From: Raja brachyura
Taxonomy: Eukaryota
DNA: 64,000 nucleotides
Assembly (NCBI GenBank): GCA_963514005.1
Contig: OY740802.1
Span: 15,314,001 to 15,378,000 of the forward strand
Direction: 5' to 3'
The stretch's first letter is position 1. The number at the start of each line of letters is the position of its first letter. The notes under the pieces were generated by a model. That model had not been told where the DNA came from. It was given only the letters and a program-made list of their open reading frames with translations, and searched no databases. The translations under genes and the position numbers were made by a program. Below, piece after piece: positions 1 through 12,730 of the stretch.

Positions 1-26
1 GGCATGAACATACAAAACAAAATCTG

Positions 27-300
27 GGTGGCATGGTGCCACAGTGGTAGAGTTGGAGCCTTATGACACTTGCAGCGCCGAGTTCGATCCCGACTACGGG
101 TGCTGTTTCCTCTTGACCGAGATCTTCAGTATCCTCCCACACTCCAAAGACCTACAGGTTTGTAGGTTAATTGGCTTGGTATATGCGTAAATGGTCCCTA
201 GCAGTAGGATAGTGTTGATGTGTGGGGATTGCTGGTCGGTGCGGAATCGGTGGGCTGAGGGGCCTGTTTCCGCACTGTATCTCCAAACTAAAAGAAACTA
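27..300 (+). mobile_element. HE1/V-SINE-type tRNA-derived SINE
   Basis: tRNA-like head (ggcatggtgccacagtggtagag...gagttcgatcc), V-domain-like body (cctcccacactccaaagac...aggttaattgg), CR1-like tail (gggcctgtttccgcactgtatctc) and (aaact)n end. Confidence 0.85.
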
Positions 301-818
301 AGCATGTCTTCATAAAACTCTTCTGGTCCACATTTCAAGGCCTATTTCTTATTCCTTTTCCGTTTAACCCTCTCATAACACAGGCTAGACACTGCAAACT
401 TTATTCTATATTGGATTAAAAAAAAACTAATTGTTTATTCCCAATAACATTAAGCCAAGCATAGATATTTTTCAGCACATTTTTATCATTGGTTATCAGC
501 ATTAAAATTCCTTTATTTTTAAAAAACAAAATCAACTATTGACAATGCTTGCTGTGGTCTTTCCTCGAGCACCATAACTAACGGCAACATAACAATGCCA
601 TTATAAATATATAAAGGTGGGCCGAGTGGGGAATAATTTAATGGAGGTCAATGGTGAATAGATCACAGTATGTTGACAAAAAGCCCAAGTGCTCCCCAAA
701 ATGCAGGCCATTTTACACATGTTTGGCCCAGGACAACTGGGAAGAATGAACAGGGATGCAACTGTGTTTGAAAAGCATTGCAATACTTTGCATTGTTTGG
801 TGACCAATGAATGATTAG

Positions 819-917
819 GTAGACAAAAATGCTGGAGAAACTCAGCGGGTGAGGCAGCATCTATGGAGTGAAGGAAATAGGCAACGTTTCGGGCCGAAAC
901 CCCTTCTTCAGACTGAT
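819..917 (-). mobile_element. Half copy of Penelope-like fold-back element
   Basis: gtagacaaaaatgctggagaaactcagc...gtttcgggccgaaaccccttcttcagactga. The minus strand carries CTGAAGA...GAAACGTT. Possible TSD gattaggt (813-820/942-949). Confidence 0.7.
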
Positions 918-1304
918 GTGGCCTGTTCCGGGTGTTATTGGGATTAGGTGGTATTGTGCATACATTAAACCACATGTTGGATAAACCAGTTTAGTGGGGG
1001 GAAAAATCCTTATCCATGTTCTCGAACGGTTTACTCACATAGTCAGTAACAGCTTGAGGTTAAAGGATGGGCACTGACTGTACTGCTGAGAAATAATATG
1101 AATGATGGGTCATTGTGGCTAATCTGCTCAAAAAAGCAACTCTTGGGATGTTACAGGGTCTCGGGCACAACAGTGGCTCAAAGCCAAGGCTGCAACTGCA
1201 AGTTCAGTCCAGCACCTGAGGTTAAGATCTTGGTAAAATGAAACTGTTGCTGTTACAACAATTCCCAACTGCATACATACTTAAGACAGATGAGGACTCC
1301 CTTA

Positions 1305-2051
1305 AGGGCCTGTCCCACTGCGGCGACATAATTGGCGAGTTTAAAAGAGTTTGCCCTCGACTCATACTTGCAGCTTGGTGGACACGAGGTCCTAGGAAGT
1401 CTTTGTAACTCTCCTTCATGCTTGAGAGTGGTCCCCGCATACTGAAGGCCTCAGCTATGCCGCGGCGTATTTTTCAACATGCTGAAAAATGCCCGCGAGT
1501 AAAAAAAATCTATATTTCTTTTACTCGTAGGTTTAGTCGAGGTAGGTCGTAGTAGGTCGTAATGGTATCGTAGGTAATCGAAGGGAGTCAAAGGTAAAGC
1601 TTGTTGAGATAAAAAAGGTAAGTAAACCGACCGGTAATGTTAAATGCCCGCTAAACTTTATTAAAAGTTGTCTGGCTTCTTAAAAGTGTCTCCACTCCTT
1701 CTTCCCCCCTTCTCCCCCCTTCTCCCCCCTTCTCTCCCCTTCTTTCCTGTTCATTGCGGGTGTGAATTTCAGACAGCGTTCCCCCGCTTTCCCTNNNNNN
1801 NNNNNNNNNNNNNNNNNNNNNNNNNNNNNNNNNNNNNNNNNNNNNNNNNNNNNNNNNNNNNNNNNNNNNNNNNNNNNNNNNNNNNNNNNNNNNNNNNNNN
1901 NNNNNNNNNNNNNNNNNNNNNNNNNNNNNNNNNNNNCGGCTCGTGGTTTCATCGCTGACGGTCGATCCAGCTCGAGGTTATTCAGACGAGTGCCCTCGAG
2001 CTTGAAGGTCGAAGACAGTCACTGAAAAGTCGCGTTAGTGGGACAGGCCCT
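1305..2051. mobile_element. Non-autonomous Harbinger/PIF-type MITE
   Basis: 15-bp TIR AGGGCCTGTCCCACT...AGTGGGACAGGCCCT with TTA on both sides (1302-1304, 2052-2054). CpG-rich interior spanning an assembly gap. Confidence 0.8.
1795..1936. other. Assembly gap (142 N)
   Basis: Run of N inside the MITE. Confidence 1.
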
Positions 2052-2625
2052 TTACATTTGAAGAAATGGGTTGTTTTGAAGGTTCAGCAAATGGCAGTTT
2101 AGCATAAGGTGTGTGAGTTTAGATTACCCCGGGAATCACAGACCTACTGTCTGAAATAATGTAATGGCGTGAGAAAAGTCTTTTATCTGATATTTAAATC
2201 AATACCAGATAGGTGACAGCATCTGGCAGATAGAGGCACTGCTGTCAAACTGAATGGTTTACTCTATCTGATTGCAGCCTATCATGGGCTGAAATAAATA
2301 AATAACAACTTCAGTCTTAACAACTTTTCACATGCCTAGTATCTCAAAGGCAATGGTCCAGAATATCTTTGTGATGAGAGCTTGATCTAAAATCCAAAGA
2401 CACTTCCATGGACCATTTATAAGAAGTAAATCTTACCAATTCATAATTGGACTGATATTGTAATCATGTCCAAAGATATCGATGCAGTTTTTGGATATTC
2501 ACTTACCGCCTCCCTCCATGCTCCAATCATTACCCCTTTCCCCCCTGCCCTCTCGCTCTCCCATCCTCCGCCCCTTGCTCTTTCATCTACTACTCCCTTG
2601 CTACCCAATCCTCCATCTCCTGTCA

Positions 2626-3375
2626 TATAACATGGAAACAGGTCCTTCAGCCCAACTTTCCCATGATGACCAACATGCTACACTAGTTCCACCTGCCTGC
2701 ACCTGGCCCTCTAAATCTCTCCTATCCATGAATCTGTCCCAATACCTCTTATATGTTATGTTAATACCTGCCTCAACTACCTCCTTCGGCAGCTGGTTCC
2801 ATAGACCCACCACCCTTTGTATAAAAATGTTACCCGTCAGCTACTTATTAAATCCATCCCCCATCACCTTAAACCTATGTCCTCTGGTTCTCGATTCCCT
2901 TACACTGGGCAAAATATACTGTGCATTTACCCTATCTATTCCTCTCATGATCTTGTACACCTCAACAAGATTACCCCATGTCCTCTGGCACTCCAAGGAA
3001 TAAATCCTAGCCTACTCAACCTCTCCCTATAGCTCAGGCACTCAAGACCTGGCAATATCCTTGTAAGTCTTCTCTGAATCTTTTCTAGCTTGACACCATT
3101 TTTCCTATAACACGAACACCAAAACTGAACACGATACTCTAAATGTGGCCTCACCAATGTCTAATATAACTGCAACTTGACCTCCTAACTTCGATACTCA
3201 ATATTCTGACTGATGAAGGCCAAAGTGCTGAAAGCCTTTTGGACCACCCTGTCTAGCTGTGAAGCCACTTTCAAGGAACTATGTATCTGCACTCCTAGAT
3301 CCCTCTACTCTACAGCACTCTCCCAGGGCCCTGCTATTCACTGTGTAGGTCCTGCCCTTGTTAGACTTCCCACTC
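2626..3375 (-). mobile_element. CR1/HER1 LINE 3' fragment
   Basis: Minus-strand peptides VRPHLEYRVQFW...LEKIQRRLTRILPGL and VGLWNQLPKEVVEAG are typical of the CR1 ORF2 C-terminus, followed by the CR1 3'UTR. Confidence 0.9.
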
Positions 3376-4067
3376 TGTGCCATTTGCTCCTCCTCTCTCC
3401 AACCGTATGTTCTTCCACCTTCCACCTCCATGCTTCAATCCCTTCCTCCACTCGCTCTGTTCACTGCACCATGTGGCAGGTCGACTGCCTCCACAAAGCC
3501 ATCTCACATCTCTCTGATGGATCTTTTCCCCATTACCTCGAGTGCGTCTTACTCACCATTCTACTCGTCACATCTGTGACTTTGCCAACAATCTCAGCAA
3601 ACCAGAAAATGTTTGCAGCGGTGGAGAAAAAAAGTTTCAAATGGATGATCTTTTATTCAAATTTAAAGGGTATTGACCTTAAGCATTAAATCTGTGTCCC
3701 TCTGTGCAAATGGTTTCTGCCATGCTGTATTTTTTAATATTTTAAATCACCAGCATCTACTGTCTTTTTTGCACATCTTCCATGTTACACGTACAAACAT
3801 TTAAACATCCCTCTGATTATTGATGAGAAAGTTTCCTATTTGTTTGAATATCTAGTTAAAAGTCACAAGCCACTGGAATCCAGTGGAGCACATGTAACAG
3901 AGATAAACTGTCCATTCAGGAGGATACCCCAAAGGCAACACTTCAAGTCATTCAGAAAACATACCACAGCTAAGTGCCTTTTTTTAAAGCTGGTTGTTCA
4001 CACCTTCCTCTCCAAGGGAAAACATTCCCCACTCCTTTAAGTCAGGAAGGCAGATACATTTTCTCCA

Positions 4068-4175
4068 AGTCAAGAGTCAAGAGTGTTTTATTGTTATATG
4101 TGCCATATAGAACAATGCAATTCTTACTTGCTGCAGCACAACAGAATATGTAAACATAGTAAACTGTAAACAATT
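4068..4175 (-). mobile_element. Rex1/Babar-type LINE 3' tail
   Basis: Reverse complement ends ...aacaataaaacactcttgactcttga. A near-identical copy lies at 9428-9525. Confidence 0.6.
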
Positions 4176-4233
4176 TGATAAACGCCATCCCCAGTAAATA
4201 CTGTGCTGAAGTGTCTGTTTTTTTTCTGGGAAT

Positions 4234-4460
4234 CATAGAACATACAATAAAACAGCACAGGACTATGCCCTTTGGCCCACATCTGTGCCAAAAATGATGC
4301 CAATTTAAACTACGCATCTACCTTCACGCGGTTTATATCTCTAAATTCCCTGCCTGTTCTCGTTGCTGTCTAAATGCCTCTTAAACCTTGCTATCGTATC
4401 TGCTTCAATCACTCTCTCTGGCAGCACGTACCAGGCACCGTGCTCTTACTCTGTAAAAAT
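4234..4460 (-). mobile_element. CR1 LINE 3' end (degenerate)
   Basis: catagaacat...gccctttggccca...atctgcttcaatcactctctctggcagc, the CR1 3'UTR pattern seen at 2626. Confidence 0.7.
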
Positions 4461-4478
4461 AACGTCAGTATATATAAA

Positions 4479-4693
4479 ATGTTTAAGAAAGAACTGCAGA
4501 TGCTGAAAAAAATCGAAGGTAGACAAAAATGCAGGAGGAACTCAGTGGATGAGGTAGCATCTGTGGAGAGAAGGAATTGGCGACGTTTCTGGTCGAGACC
4601 CTTCTTCAGAGGTCTCGACCTGAAACATCGCCTATTCCTTCTCTCCATAGATGCTGCCTCACCCGCTGAGTTCCTCCAGCATTTTTCTCTACT
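4479..4693. mobile_element. Penelope-like fold-back (palindromic) element
   Basis: Head-to-head arms centred near 4605. 13-bp TSD gtcagtatatata at 4464-4476 and 4694-4706. Confidence 0.8.
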
Positions 4694-5046
4694 GTCAGTA
4701 TATATACTTCCTTTAAACTCGAGTGTTAGTGCATGGTAACATTAGGTAATGTGAACAGAATAAAGTAGGATTGGAATGAATGAGTGTTTAATGATGAGTG
4801 TGGACTGGGTGGGTTAACGGTGCTGTTTTTATGCTAATTGGGGCTCTATGACGGAGCAGGAGTGACACAGTGGTGTAGAAAGTAGAGCTGCTGCCTCACA
4901 GCTCCCGCAACTAGAGTTTGATCCTCACCTTCTGTGCTGTCCGTGTGGAGTCTGTCTGGCTATTCATGGTTTCAAGACCATGCCTGATTTTTGTTTTTAA
5001 AGATATATCAGTAATATCACCCAATGGGTAAAACTGTGGATCATGG

Positions 5047-5362
5047 AGTGGCACAGTGGCGCATTTGGTAGAGCTGCTGCCTCACAATGCCAGAGACCTA
5101 GATTCGATCCTGACCTTGGATGTTGTCTGTGTGGAGTTTGCACATTCTCCCTGTGACCGCAAAGGTTTCCCCCGGGCGCTTCGGTTTCTTCCCACGTCCC
5201 AAAGTTGTGCAGGTTAATCGGCCTCTGTAAATTGCCCCCAAATGTGTAGCAAGTGGATACAAAAGTGAGACAACATAGAACTGGTGTGCACGGGCGATCG
5301 ATGGTCAGCATGAACTCAATGGCATGAAGGGCCTGTTTCCATGCTGTATCTTGCAATCAATC
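5047..5362 (+). mobile_element. HE1/V-SINE, near full length
   Basis: tRNA head ggcacagtggcgcatttggtagagctgctgcctcac...gattcgatcc, V-domain and tail gaagggcctgtttccatgctgtatc. A further 5' fragment lies at 4860-4960. Confidence 0.9.
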
Positions 5363-5599
5363 GACTAATAGTTTGTGACAAACACTGACCACTTTATTTA
5401 ATCTTTCGTGTTTGCATGAATAGCATAGGTCATATACTGGTTATACCTTGGTTATGGAAATTATACACATTAACCATGGTAAACTAGGCATGAATCTTGG
5501 TACCTAAATTCGATAACTCTTGGTCTATGGCACACATCCCACAACCAATAAGTACTGTTCGAAATAGTCTCTAGATTTTCTTCCCAGCAGAGTTTTGTC

Positions 5600-6100
5600 C
5601 AAGGAAAATACTAACTTCAAATTTCAGGTAATCATTTATTTATGGAAATCCTGTCAAACAAAACAACTTCAATTTCACCGTACTATCCTCAAGCAAACAA
5701 CCTAGGTGACAAGCTTGACGTCAAACTGATATCAAAGATGTGCACAAGCAGAATTTCAATGACTGAGATGAGGTATTTATTGCCTGATTTTTGGCAGATA
5801 CCCAACATTAACAAGGAGTTTACTCTTTGAGTTACGGCTGTCATTGTCTGTTAATGCTAAACGTACTCAAGGAAGTTAACTTGACAAGGACAGAAGGGCA
5901 GTTAAGTATGACTTAAACAGAATGTTTTTTGACCGGATTGGACTAATGTGAACATTAGAATATGTGCAAGGCCATTTGAAGAGTTGGTATGCATCACTGA
6001 CCAGGTATCAGGAATATAAGGTGACCTACATCAAACCACTGGGAAGGCCTCCAAAATGCAATGGAAAACTGGAGCCAAGGAAGACCACCTACTTAAGAAG
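5600..6100 (+). mobile_element. Degenerate Gypsy/Ginger-type integrase remnant
   Basis: ORF 5642-5830 reads TTSISPYYPQANNL...LISKMC, resembling the integrase core SPYHPQxNGLxER. GRPPKCNGKLEPR near 6040-6080 resembles the region before the GPY/F motif. Confidence 0.5.
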
Positions 6101-6658
6101 CCAACAAATGGCAGAGGTCCAGCATTAAAAATAATTCAAATGTACCTCAACCCGAAGTGAAAGAGAAAGGAGAGATTGTTGGCTTCTCGTCCAAGAGTAA
6201 AATTGATTCTTCCTTTGACATTATCCATGGAAGAATCAATTTTACCAGGAGTCCCACAGAGACAAAACCAATTTGAAAAGCTACTGCTCATGAATCAGCC
6301 GTCCTTCTTACATAAACCAGGCTATGTACTTCATCCAGAATGTCAACAAGGGCTTATAATGAGAATATTAAAGAGAATAAGTAAGGCACATAATATCCAG
6401 AATACATAAGAAAACAAATGTAGAATATAAGCATGGAGAGTAATTTAGAATTTATAAAATCTGTTGGCATCATCAATGTTACTGATGCTCCATGTAGAAA
6501 TGATCAGAATGGCATGACTCATGTGGAAGAAGATCCTTGATAAATATGGCACTGCCAAATTTTTGCTAGCTCAAGACTTGAATTCATTAGAAATTAAAAA
6601 GAATGGCAGGTGTACTTATTAACATCTAAAATTGCATTTTTTTTAACAGCATCGCGCT

Positions 6659-7132
6659 AGGCGGCACAGTGGCAGACAGGGTGGCATAGCGGTAGAGTTG
6701 CTGCCTTTCAGTGCTAGCGACCTGGATTCAATCTTGACAATGGGCACTGTGTGTACAGAGTATGTTTAAGAAGGAACTGCAGATGCGGAAAAATCAAAGG
6801 TAGATAAAAATGCTGGAGAAACTCAGCGGGAGAGGCAGCATCTATGGAGCGAGGAAATAGGTGACATTTCAGGTCGAGTCCCTTCTTAAGACTGCATGTA
6901 CGTAATGTATGTAAAGAGTATGTAAGTTCTCCCTGTAACATCGTGTGTTTTCGCCGGGCGCTCCGGTTTCCTCCCACACTGCAAAGACGTACAGGTTTGA
7001 ACGTTAATTGGATTTGAATAAATTGATAATTGTCCCTAGTGTGTAGGATGGTGCAAGTGAACGAGGAGATCTCTGGTCAGCGCGGACTCGGTGGGCCGAA
7101 GGGCCTGTTTCCACGCTGTATCTCTGGTCTAA
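6659..7132 (+). mobile_element. HE1/V-SINE interrupted by a fold-back element half (6764-6893)
   Basis: SINE head and tail are intact. The insert is flanked by duplicated agagtatgt (6757-6765/6915-6923). Confidence 0.85.
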
Positions 7133-8274
7133 AGTCAGTACTGAATCTAGTAATGATGGGGTGAGGGGGATGGGAGAGATGCACTGCTTCTTAATAGGGG
7201 GCACTGCTGGTGCCCCTCACCAAAGACTCAGCACTGATATGACTGGAATTATCTGATTAGCTGCAACTGCCCAATTGTTCTACACTAAAAGAAAGCAAAA
7301 AGGTTAAGGCTGGTGCATTCAGGTAAGTTTTAATGGGGTGGCGAGTGATCCCTTTTGTCACATTATTGATGTTTTAAAGGTCTGGTACTTAGAAAGGATA
7401 AACCATGCTTCTTAACAAGAAGCACACTTAATCTTATACAATAGTTGTAACATTTCAATTCAAATACAAACATCTGGTAAAAATGGTTTGATTAGGTTTG
7501 ATTGGCTGTTTCTTTCTGAATTTAATAGTTAGCTAAATTTGTTTGTACCCAGCTGTTTTCTAGAAATTAATTTTCAGCCCAGCTGGTTTTAATCAGAGAG
7601 GCCATTCGAGCCCTTCAGATATTGACAGATTTTTAAAAAAATGAATTTTCACATAGGAACGCAGAGTTGTAAGTATTAGTTACTTCCTACATACTTCAGG
7701 AGATAGCCACATACCTTTTGTTGTTCCAAAGTTACCAGTCACTTAATCTTTTAATGTGTAATAACTTAACTTGACCATTAAAACACGTTATTCTGATGTT
7801 GTCCAAAGTCAAGGAAGATCAACTGAGGGGAAACATGTAAAATCATTAAGCTGAAAAAAAAAGTAAAGCTTTGCTTCATTATTTGTCCGACCACGTGACA
7901 TATGTGAAAAACTCCCTGGGAGTGGAGCACAGCTCAAAAAGATTTTAGAGCAAAACATTACAAAAATTTAGCAACCCTTCCCAAATAAATAAATATCTGC
8001 CCTTTTAAAAACGTTGGCTATGCATCCATGTCCTTTTGGAGTAAAGTATTGCGTAGCATTTCATGTGTTTTTCCCAGATTCATGTGTAAACTAGCTCAGT
8101 TCAAATTCTTGAGATTATGGCATGGAACTTTCAGTACAACTCACAGGGAGGCTATCTGCAAGCACAGAAATTCTACAGTACAAACAAGTTGTGCATGGAA
8201 ATCCACAAATTGATGTTCAGAGGTATCCTGGTCCTTCAGAAGGCATGCATTTGCAGGCCTCCTTAAGGCTTTGG

Positions 8275-8670
8275 TTATAGAGTCTTACAGTGTGAAAACA
8301 GGTCTTTTAGCCCAGTTTGCCCACACTGGACATCTACACAAGTCCCACCTGCCTGCATTTGGCCAAAGTCCCTCGAAACCTGGCCTATCCACGTACCACT
8401 CGATAAATTAGATTAGTTTAGTTTAGAGATACAGCGCAGAAAAGGGCCCTTCAAGTCCACGCCAACCCGCGATCCCCACACACTAACATTATCCTACACT
8501 AACAAGGGACAAACCTGTACGTCTCTGAAGTGTGGGAGGAAACCGGATATCCCAGAGAAAACCCACGCAGGTTAGGGGGAAGGTGCAAACTCCGTATGGA
8601 CAGGTACCTGTCGTCAGAATCGAACCAAGTCTCTGGCGTTGTAAAGCAGCAATTCTACCACTGTGCTGAC
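8275..8670 (-). mobile_element. CR1 3' end (8275-8400) followed by HE1/V-SINE (8408-8670)
   Basis: (gttta)n tail, gagatacagcgcagaaaagggcc, gtgggaggaaaccgga...acccacgcag and reverse-complement tRNA head. Confidence 0.85.
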
Positions 8671-8944
8671 CTTTCTAACCCAGAAGAGGTGTCAAGGTCT
8701 CATGGGAAGGAGCCTCTCTTTGCTAAACCAGATAATTATCCAAGTGTCAATTCTCCAGAAGTGTCTGCTTCTTTGACACTTTACATGTTGCTCTCAACAT
8801 TTTTCCTTTTAATTTAGAGACTAACTCTGAAACTCTTTAGGCAGGACCTCTCTTCTCTCCTTTCACCATGTTGGTCATGGGTCTGTACTGCAAACCACAG
8901 TTGTAGCCAAGGTGAACAAGTATTGCATGTTTCCCGGATGCAGA

Positions 8945-9197
8945 TTGGGATCGATCCTGTCTACGGTTGCTTGCCTGTACGGAGTTTGTATGTTATCCCC
9001 GTGACCTGCGTGGGTTTTCTCCGGGATCTCCACTTTCCTCCCACACGCCATAAACGTACAGGTTTGTAGATTAATTGGCTTGGTATAATTGTAAATTGTT
9101 CCTAGTATGTGTAGGATAGCGTTAGTGTGCAGTCTGCGCGGACTCGGTGGGCCAAAGGGCCTGTTTTCACACTGTATATCTAAACTAAACTAAACTA
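8945..9197 (+). mobile_element. HE1/V-SINE, 5' truncated
   Basis: tcgatcctgtctacgg...ggagtttgtatgtt...gggcctgttttcacactgtatatc(taaac)n. Confidence 0.85.
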
Positions 9198-9427
9198 AGG
9201 ATGCAGATCAGCTGCCTGGGCCTGAATGCAGGATTGGTGGGAGGCTGGGAGACCCAAGGCTCAACTAGGTTTACAAAAATGGTCTGGGGAACAGGGAATC
9301 TGGAAACATAAGTTCCTTGGGTCAGAGGATGTGGGGTGAGTACAAAATATTTTAGACTAATTGGTGCCTTAATTCAGGTCTTAAGAAAATCAAGTATCAA
9401 GGCCTTGGATTGCAAAGCTAAGGATGA

Positions 9428-9525
9428 GAGTCAAGAGTGTTTTATTGTCATATGTCCCAGATAGAACAATTAAATTCTTACTTGCAGCAGCACAACAGAA
9501 TATTTAAACATAGCACACTGTAAGC
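9428..9525 (-). mobile_element. Rex1/Babar-type LINE 3' tail
   Basis: Same sequence as 4068-4175 (gagtcaagagtgttttattgtcatatg...cttacttgcagcagcacaacagaata). Confidence 0.6.
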
Positions 9526-11879
9526 ATTGCAGTGCGGAAAGCATTCGGACAAGGAATTGGGTTGGGTGGGTTTTGTTCATCTGTGGCTTCAGATGGTCAC
9601 TGAGTTAGAATGGGTGTAGGTAAAAATCAGAGACACTTCCGTCCACTGAGGACCTGGATTTGAAAGGACTGACAAAGCTGGAGTCATTTGAGGTGTGTTC
9701 ATTATGACACTGGGGATTGTAATAGAGAAGTGTTGGTTTGAGTTTACAGCGATCCAAAATTCAACATAGTGGTGTAAAGCCGTGGTTGGCCTGGTGATGA
9801 CTAAAGATCAGACAACTAGGTCTAAATTCCTCCGCAATGATAGATAATGATTACCGCACGGCAAATGAGTTCTGGAATTGATGGATGCTCTGATTGTCAA
9901 GAGAGCAAGGGTGACTCATCTCATAAAGTGTCCAGTCAAACTCCTGGAGTGACATAAAAATATCTCAGAGTGGTTATTGCCATGTTTTACTCCTGAAGGA
10001 AATATATTTTTAATACTGTAAAAGTGGATAGAATATCTTGGGATATCTATCCAAATCTCACACATCATTAGTTAAAGTGTGTCTATCAGTATCCCGCCTA
10101 CTTATTTAATCTGCACACTTATGAAACAATTAGTTTGTTTTTATATACCAAACACAAGGACGTTGCATAATTTTAGAGCTAACAAAATCCTGTCAATAAA
10201 TGAAAATTAGGCACCAGATGGAAACAGATGGAAACAATTATACAAAAGAGAAATAAAATCCCAATTGATTCACACTCCTTGAATAACAACATTACACTGG
10301 AAAATTCAATTTTGCTATAATATTCCTTATGTTTAATTTTCCTTTCATTGTTCCTCTGAAGATTTCTCATGTCACAGGAACCATAGTATCCATACCCAGA
10401 CTTCTCAAAAAATGGTGTCCAACATGCTGAAGAGTCACTTTTTCGACATTTTCGACATTGAATTATTCTTGAAATATACCAACGGGTTAAAAGACGACAG
10501 CCTGGAGATTATTACATCTGTCATTTAATAACCCGTAACAATAATGATTTATGTTCTAATATTATGACAGAATTAATGTCTAATGTAAACCTCCTTTTCA
10601 AAACAAGAGTGGTTGTAATCTAAAGCATTCAATAGGAAAAGGCAGCAGGAAGGCTCCTGACTGTCCATCAGTTTGAAGTGGACTCCTCACCATGGGGTTC
10701 GTTCAGCAAAATTTTCCTGCACTTGGCAAAAAGGCATTTTCAGCTATTTTAATGGTCTCATTGCCTCCTATACAGGCAACATTGTGACTACCGTCTTGGC
10801 CATTTTACCTGGCCTGGGAAAATAATGCTTCAAAGGTGTGCAACACTTAAACTGTAGCCATAGCAATGACGGTGTAAAATGCACTCCTCTGGTAGCTCCT
10901 ATTCTTCCTTGTATGCAGAAGCAGTTATTTAATGTACTATAACTTCGAGTGACATCTGCGCGCTGTCAAATGTTATTTTATCCAGATGATACACTCAAAA
11001 AAGGTAGTACCCTTTTTGTTGGCCAATATAGTCTAAATTTTTAAAATGGAAACTTGTGCATCATTCTCTTCTGCTTATTTGAGCCTGTCAAACTGTTCAG
11101 GGTATTACAAATAAACTTAATTGAATATGACAAATCAAATATGACAACTGTTGTGTTGTGGAATTCAGTTAAGACGAAACGAACCATCATCTGAACTGAA
11201 CTGTCAGAAAAAAAAAGCCGTGCGGGTGTCTACAGGGAATGGACATCTGGTTTTGAGGAATGCCCTGATTTACAAAGGCTGGATAATGCATGTCCCTATA
11301 GCCGAGGTAAAGCAGACTCACGAGTTCCTGGGAGGCATAGATTATACTGCAAGTAGAGTTGAATAATTTCTAACTTTTGTCCCCTCTGGCAGCCTATTTT
11401 ATGACAATATGGACGAGGTTGGATTTTTTGACAGTTTGTATTTTGCAATGAATTGACATTTCATTCTTAATTGCTGCTTGTTGAGCATATTACTTGGAAG
11501 AAGTACCATAAATATCAACATTAAATGATTGTATATGTTTTTCAATCAGAGATGGATGATCAGATATTACATTTCAATGTTAATTAACTGACATGAGTTT
11601 ATAGTTTGAGACTCAATGTGACCTCTGAGTTTAACATTTCAGAACTGAATCTGGTCAATTTTTTTCTTTTACTAAACTTGTATGTCTCACTTTGTTGAAT
11701 ACTGCAATAAGATCATTTATATCTCTCCAGTGAACCTGGAGGTAGAATGCTCTGTATATGGACGTATTCATACAAGGCGACAACAGGCCTAATTACCTAA
11801 TGAGATGCTCTTGGCAAGCATCAACATATCCAGTGAGGTACTAGTGAGCCAAGGATGTAATAAAAACACCCCTAAAGTT

Positions 11880-12222
11880 CTCAGTCCTGTTCCAAATCCC
11901 CCTCCCCTCAGGCAAGAGGTACAGAAGTGTTAAATGCACACCTCCAGATTCAGAGAGAGTTTCTTCCCAGCTGAGATCAGGCAACTGAACCATCCTATCA
12001 ACAACTCGAGAAAGATCTTGAGCTACCATCTACCTCGCTGGAGACCCTTGGGCTACCTTTTGCAGACTTTACTGGACCTAATCTTGCACTATTCCCATTA
12101 TCATGGATCTGTAAACTGTGGATGGCTCGATTGTAGTAATGTATAGTCGTTCTGCTGACTGGTTAGCATGCAACAGAAGCTTTTCGCTGTACCTCAGTAC
12201 ACATGACAATAAACTAAACTAA
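11880..12222 (+). mobile_element. Rex1/Babar LINE 3' end
   Basis: Encodes LPSGKRYRSV...SRFRESFFPAxIRQLN, the typical Rex1/Babar ORF C-terminus, and ends tgacaataaactaaact. Confidence 0.8.
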
Positions 12223-12394
12223 TATTGTAAAGAATATTCCTCACAGAATCTTCATTGATTCCCTTTATGATTTCACATACTTATTTTTTTTTTCTGTTGC
12301 TTGTTTCTAGCCAGCAAGGAAATCCTTTCTTAATCCAATTATCCCAAAATTTAGCCTAATTGTCCTTTCTATGAAACATTATGCTGTTTATTTG

Positions 12395-12730
12395 GAGACA
12401 GAAGAGATACAGATACTAGAATTTTGAGAAAAACACAAACTGCTCAGTGGTTCAGGCAACATGCCCCCTCAGTGGGGGGGACTGGGCGGATAACATTTTG
12501 GGTTTAGACGGATTTCATCGTCTGAAGGCAAGCTGGAGTAAACCTATTCCTTTTCTCCAGTGATGCTGCCTGACCCACTGAGTTACCCCAGCATTTTATG
12601 TTGGTTTAACCAACATCTGCAGTTCCTCCTTAAACAGTTTGAAGAAGAATCCGACAGGAAACATCGACTATCCATATCTCACCACAGATGCTGCCTGACC
12701 TGCTGAGTTCCTCCAGCAGTTTGTTTTTGA
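12395..12730. mobile_element. Older, nested Penelope-like fold-back elements
   Basis: Two degenerate arms (gatgctgcctgaccc...ctgagtt...ccagca) plus a gaagaa...gac...gaaacatc core remnant. Confidence 0.65.

Noticed and set aside
1795-1936. ORFs spanning the N run
   Set aside because: Artefacts of the assembly gap.
2482-3689. 173-aa and 158-aa plus-strand ORFs
   Set aside because: Antisense to or overlapping a CR1 fragment and pyrimidine-rich sequence, with no recognisable protein.
5047-5120. tRNA-like A and B boxes here and at other SINE heads
   Set aside because: They continue into V-SINE bodies, so they are SINE heads and not tRNA genes.
7095-7115. aagggcctgt shared between SINE/CR1 tails and the MITE TIR
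   Set aside because: Only about 10 bp of identity, not paired as inverted termini and without a TWA TSD. Treated as coincidence.
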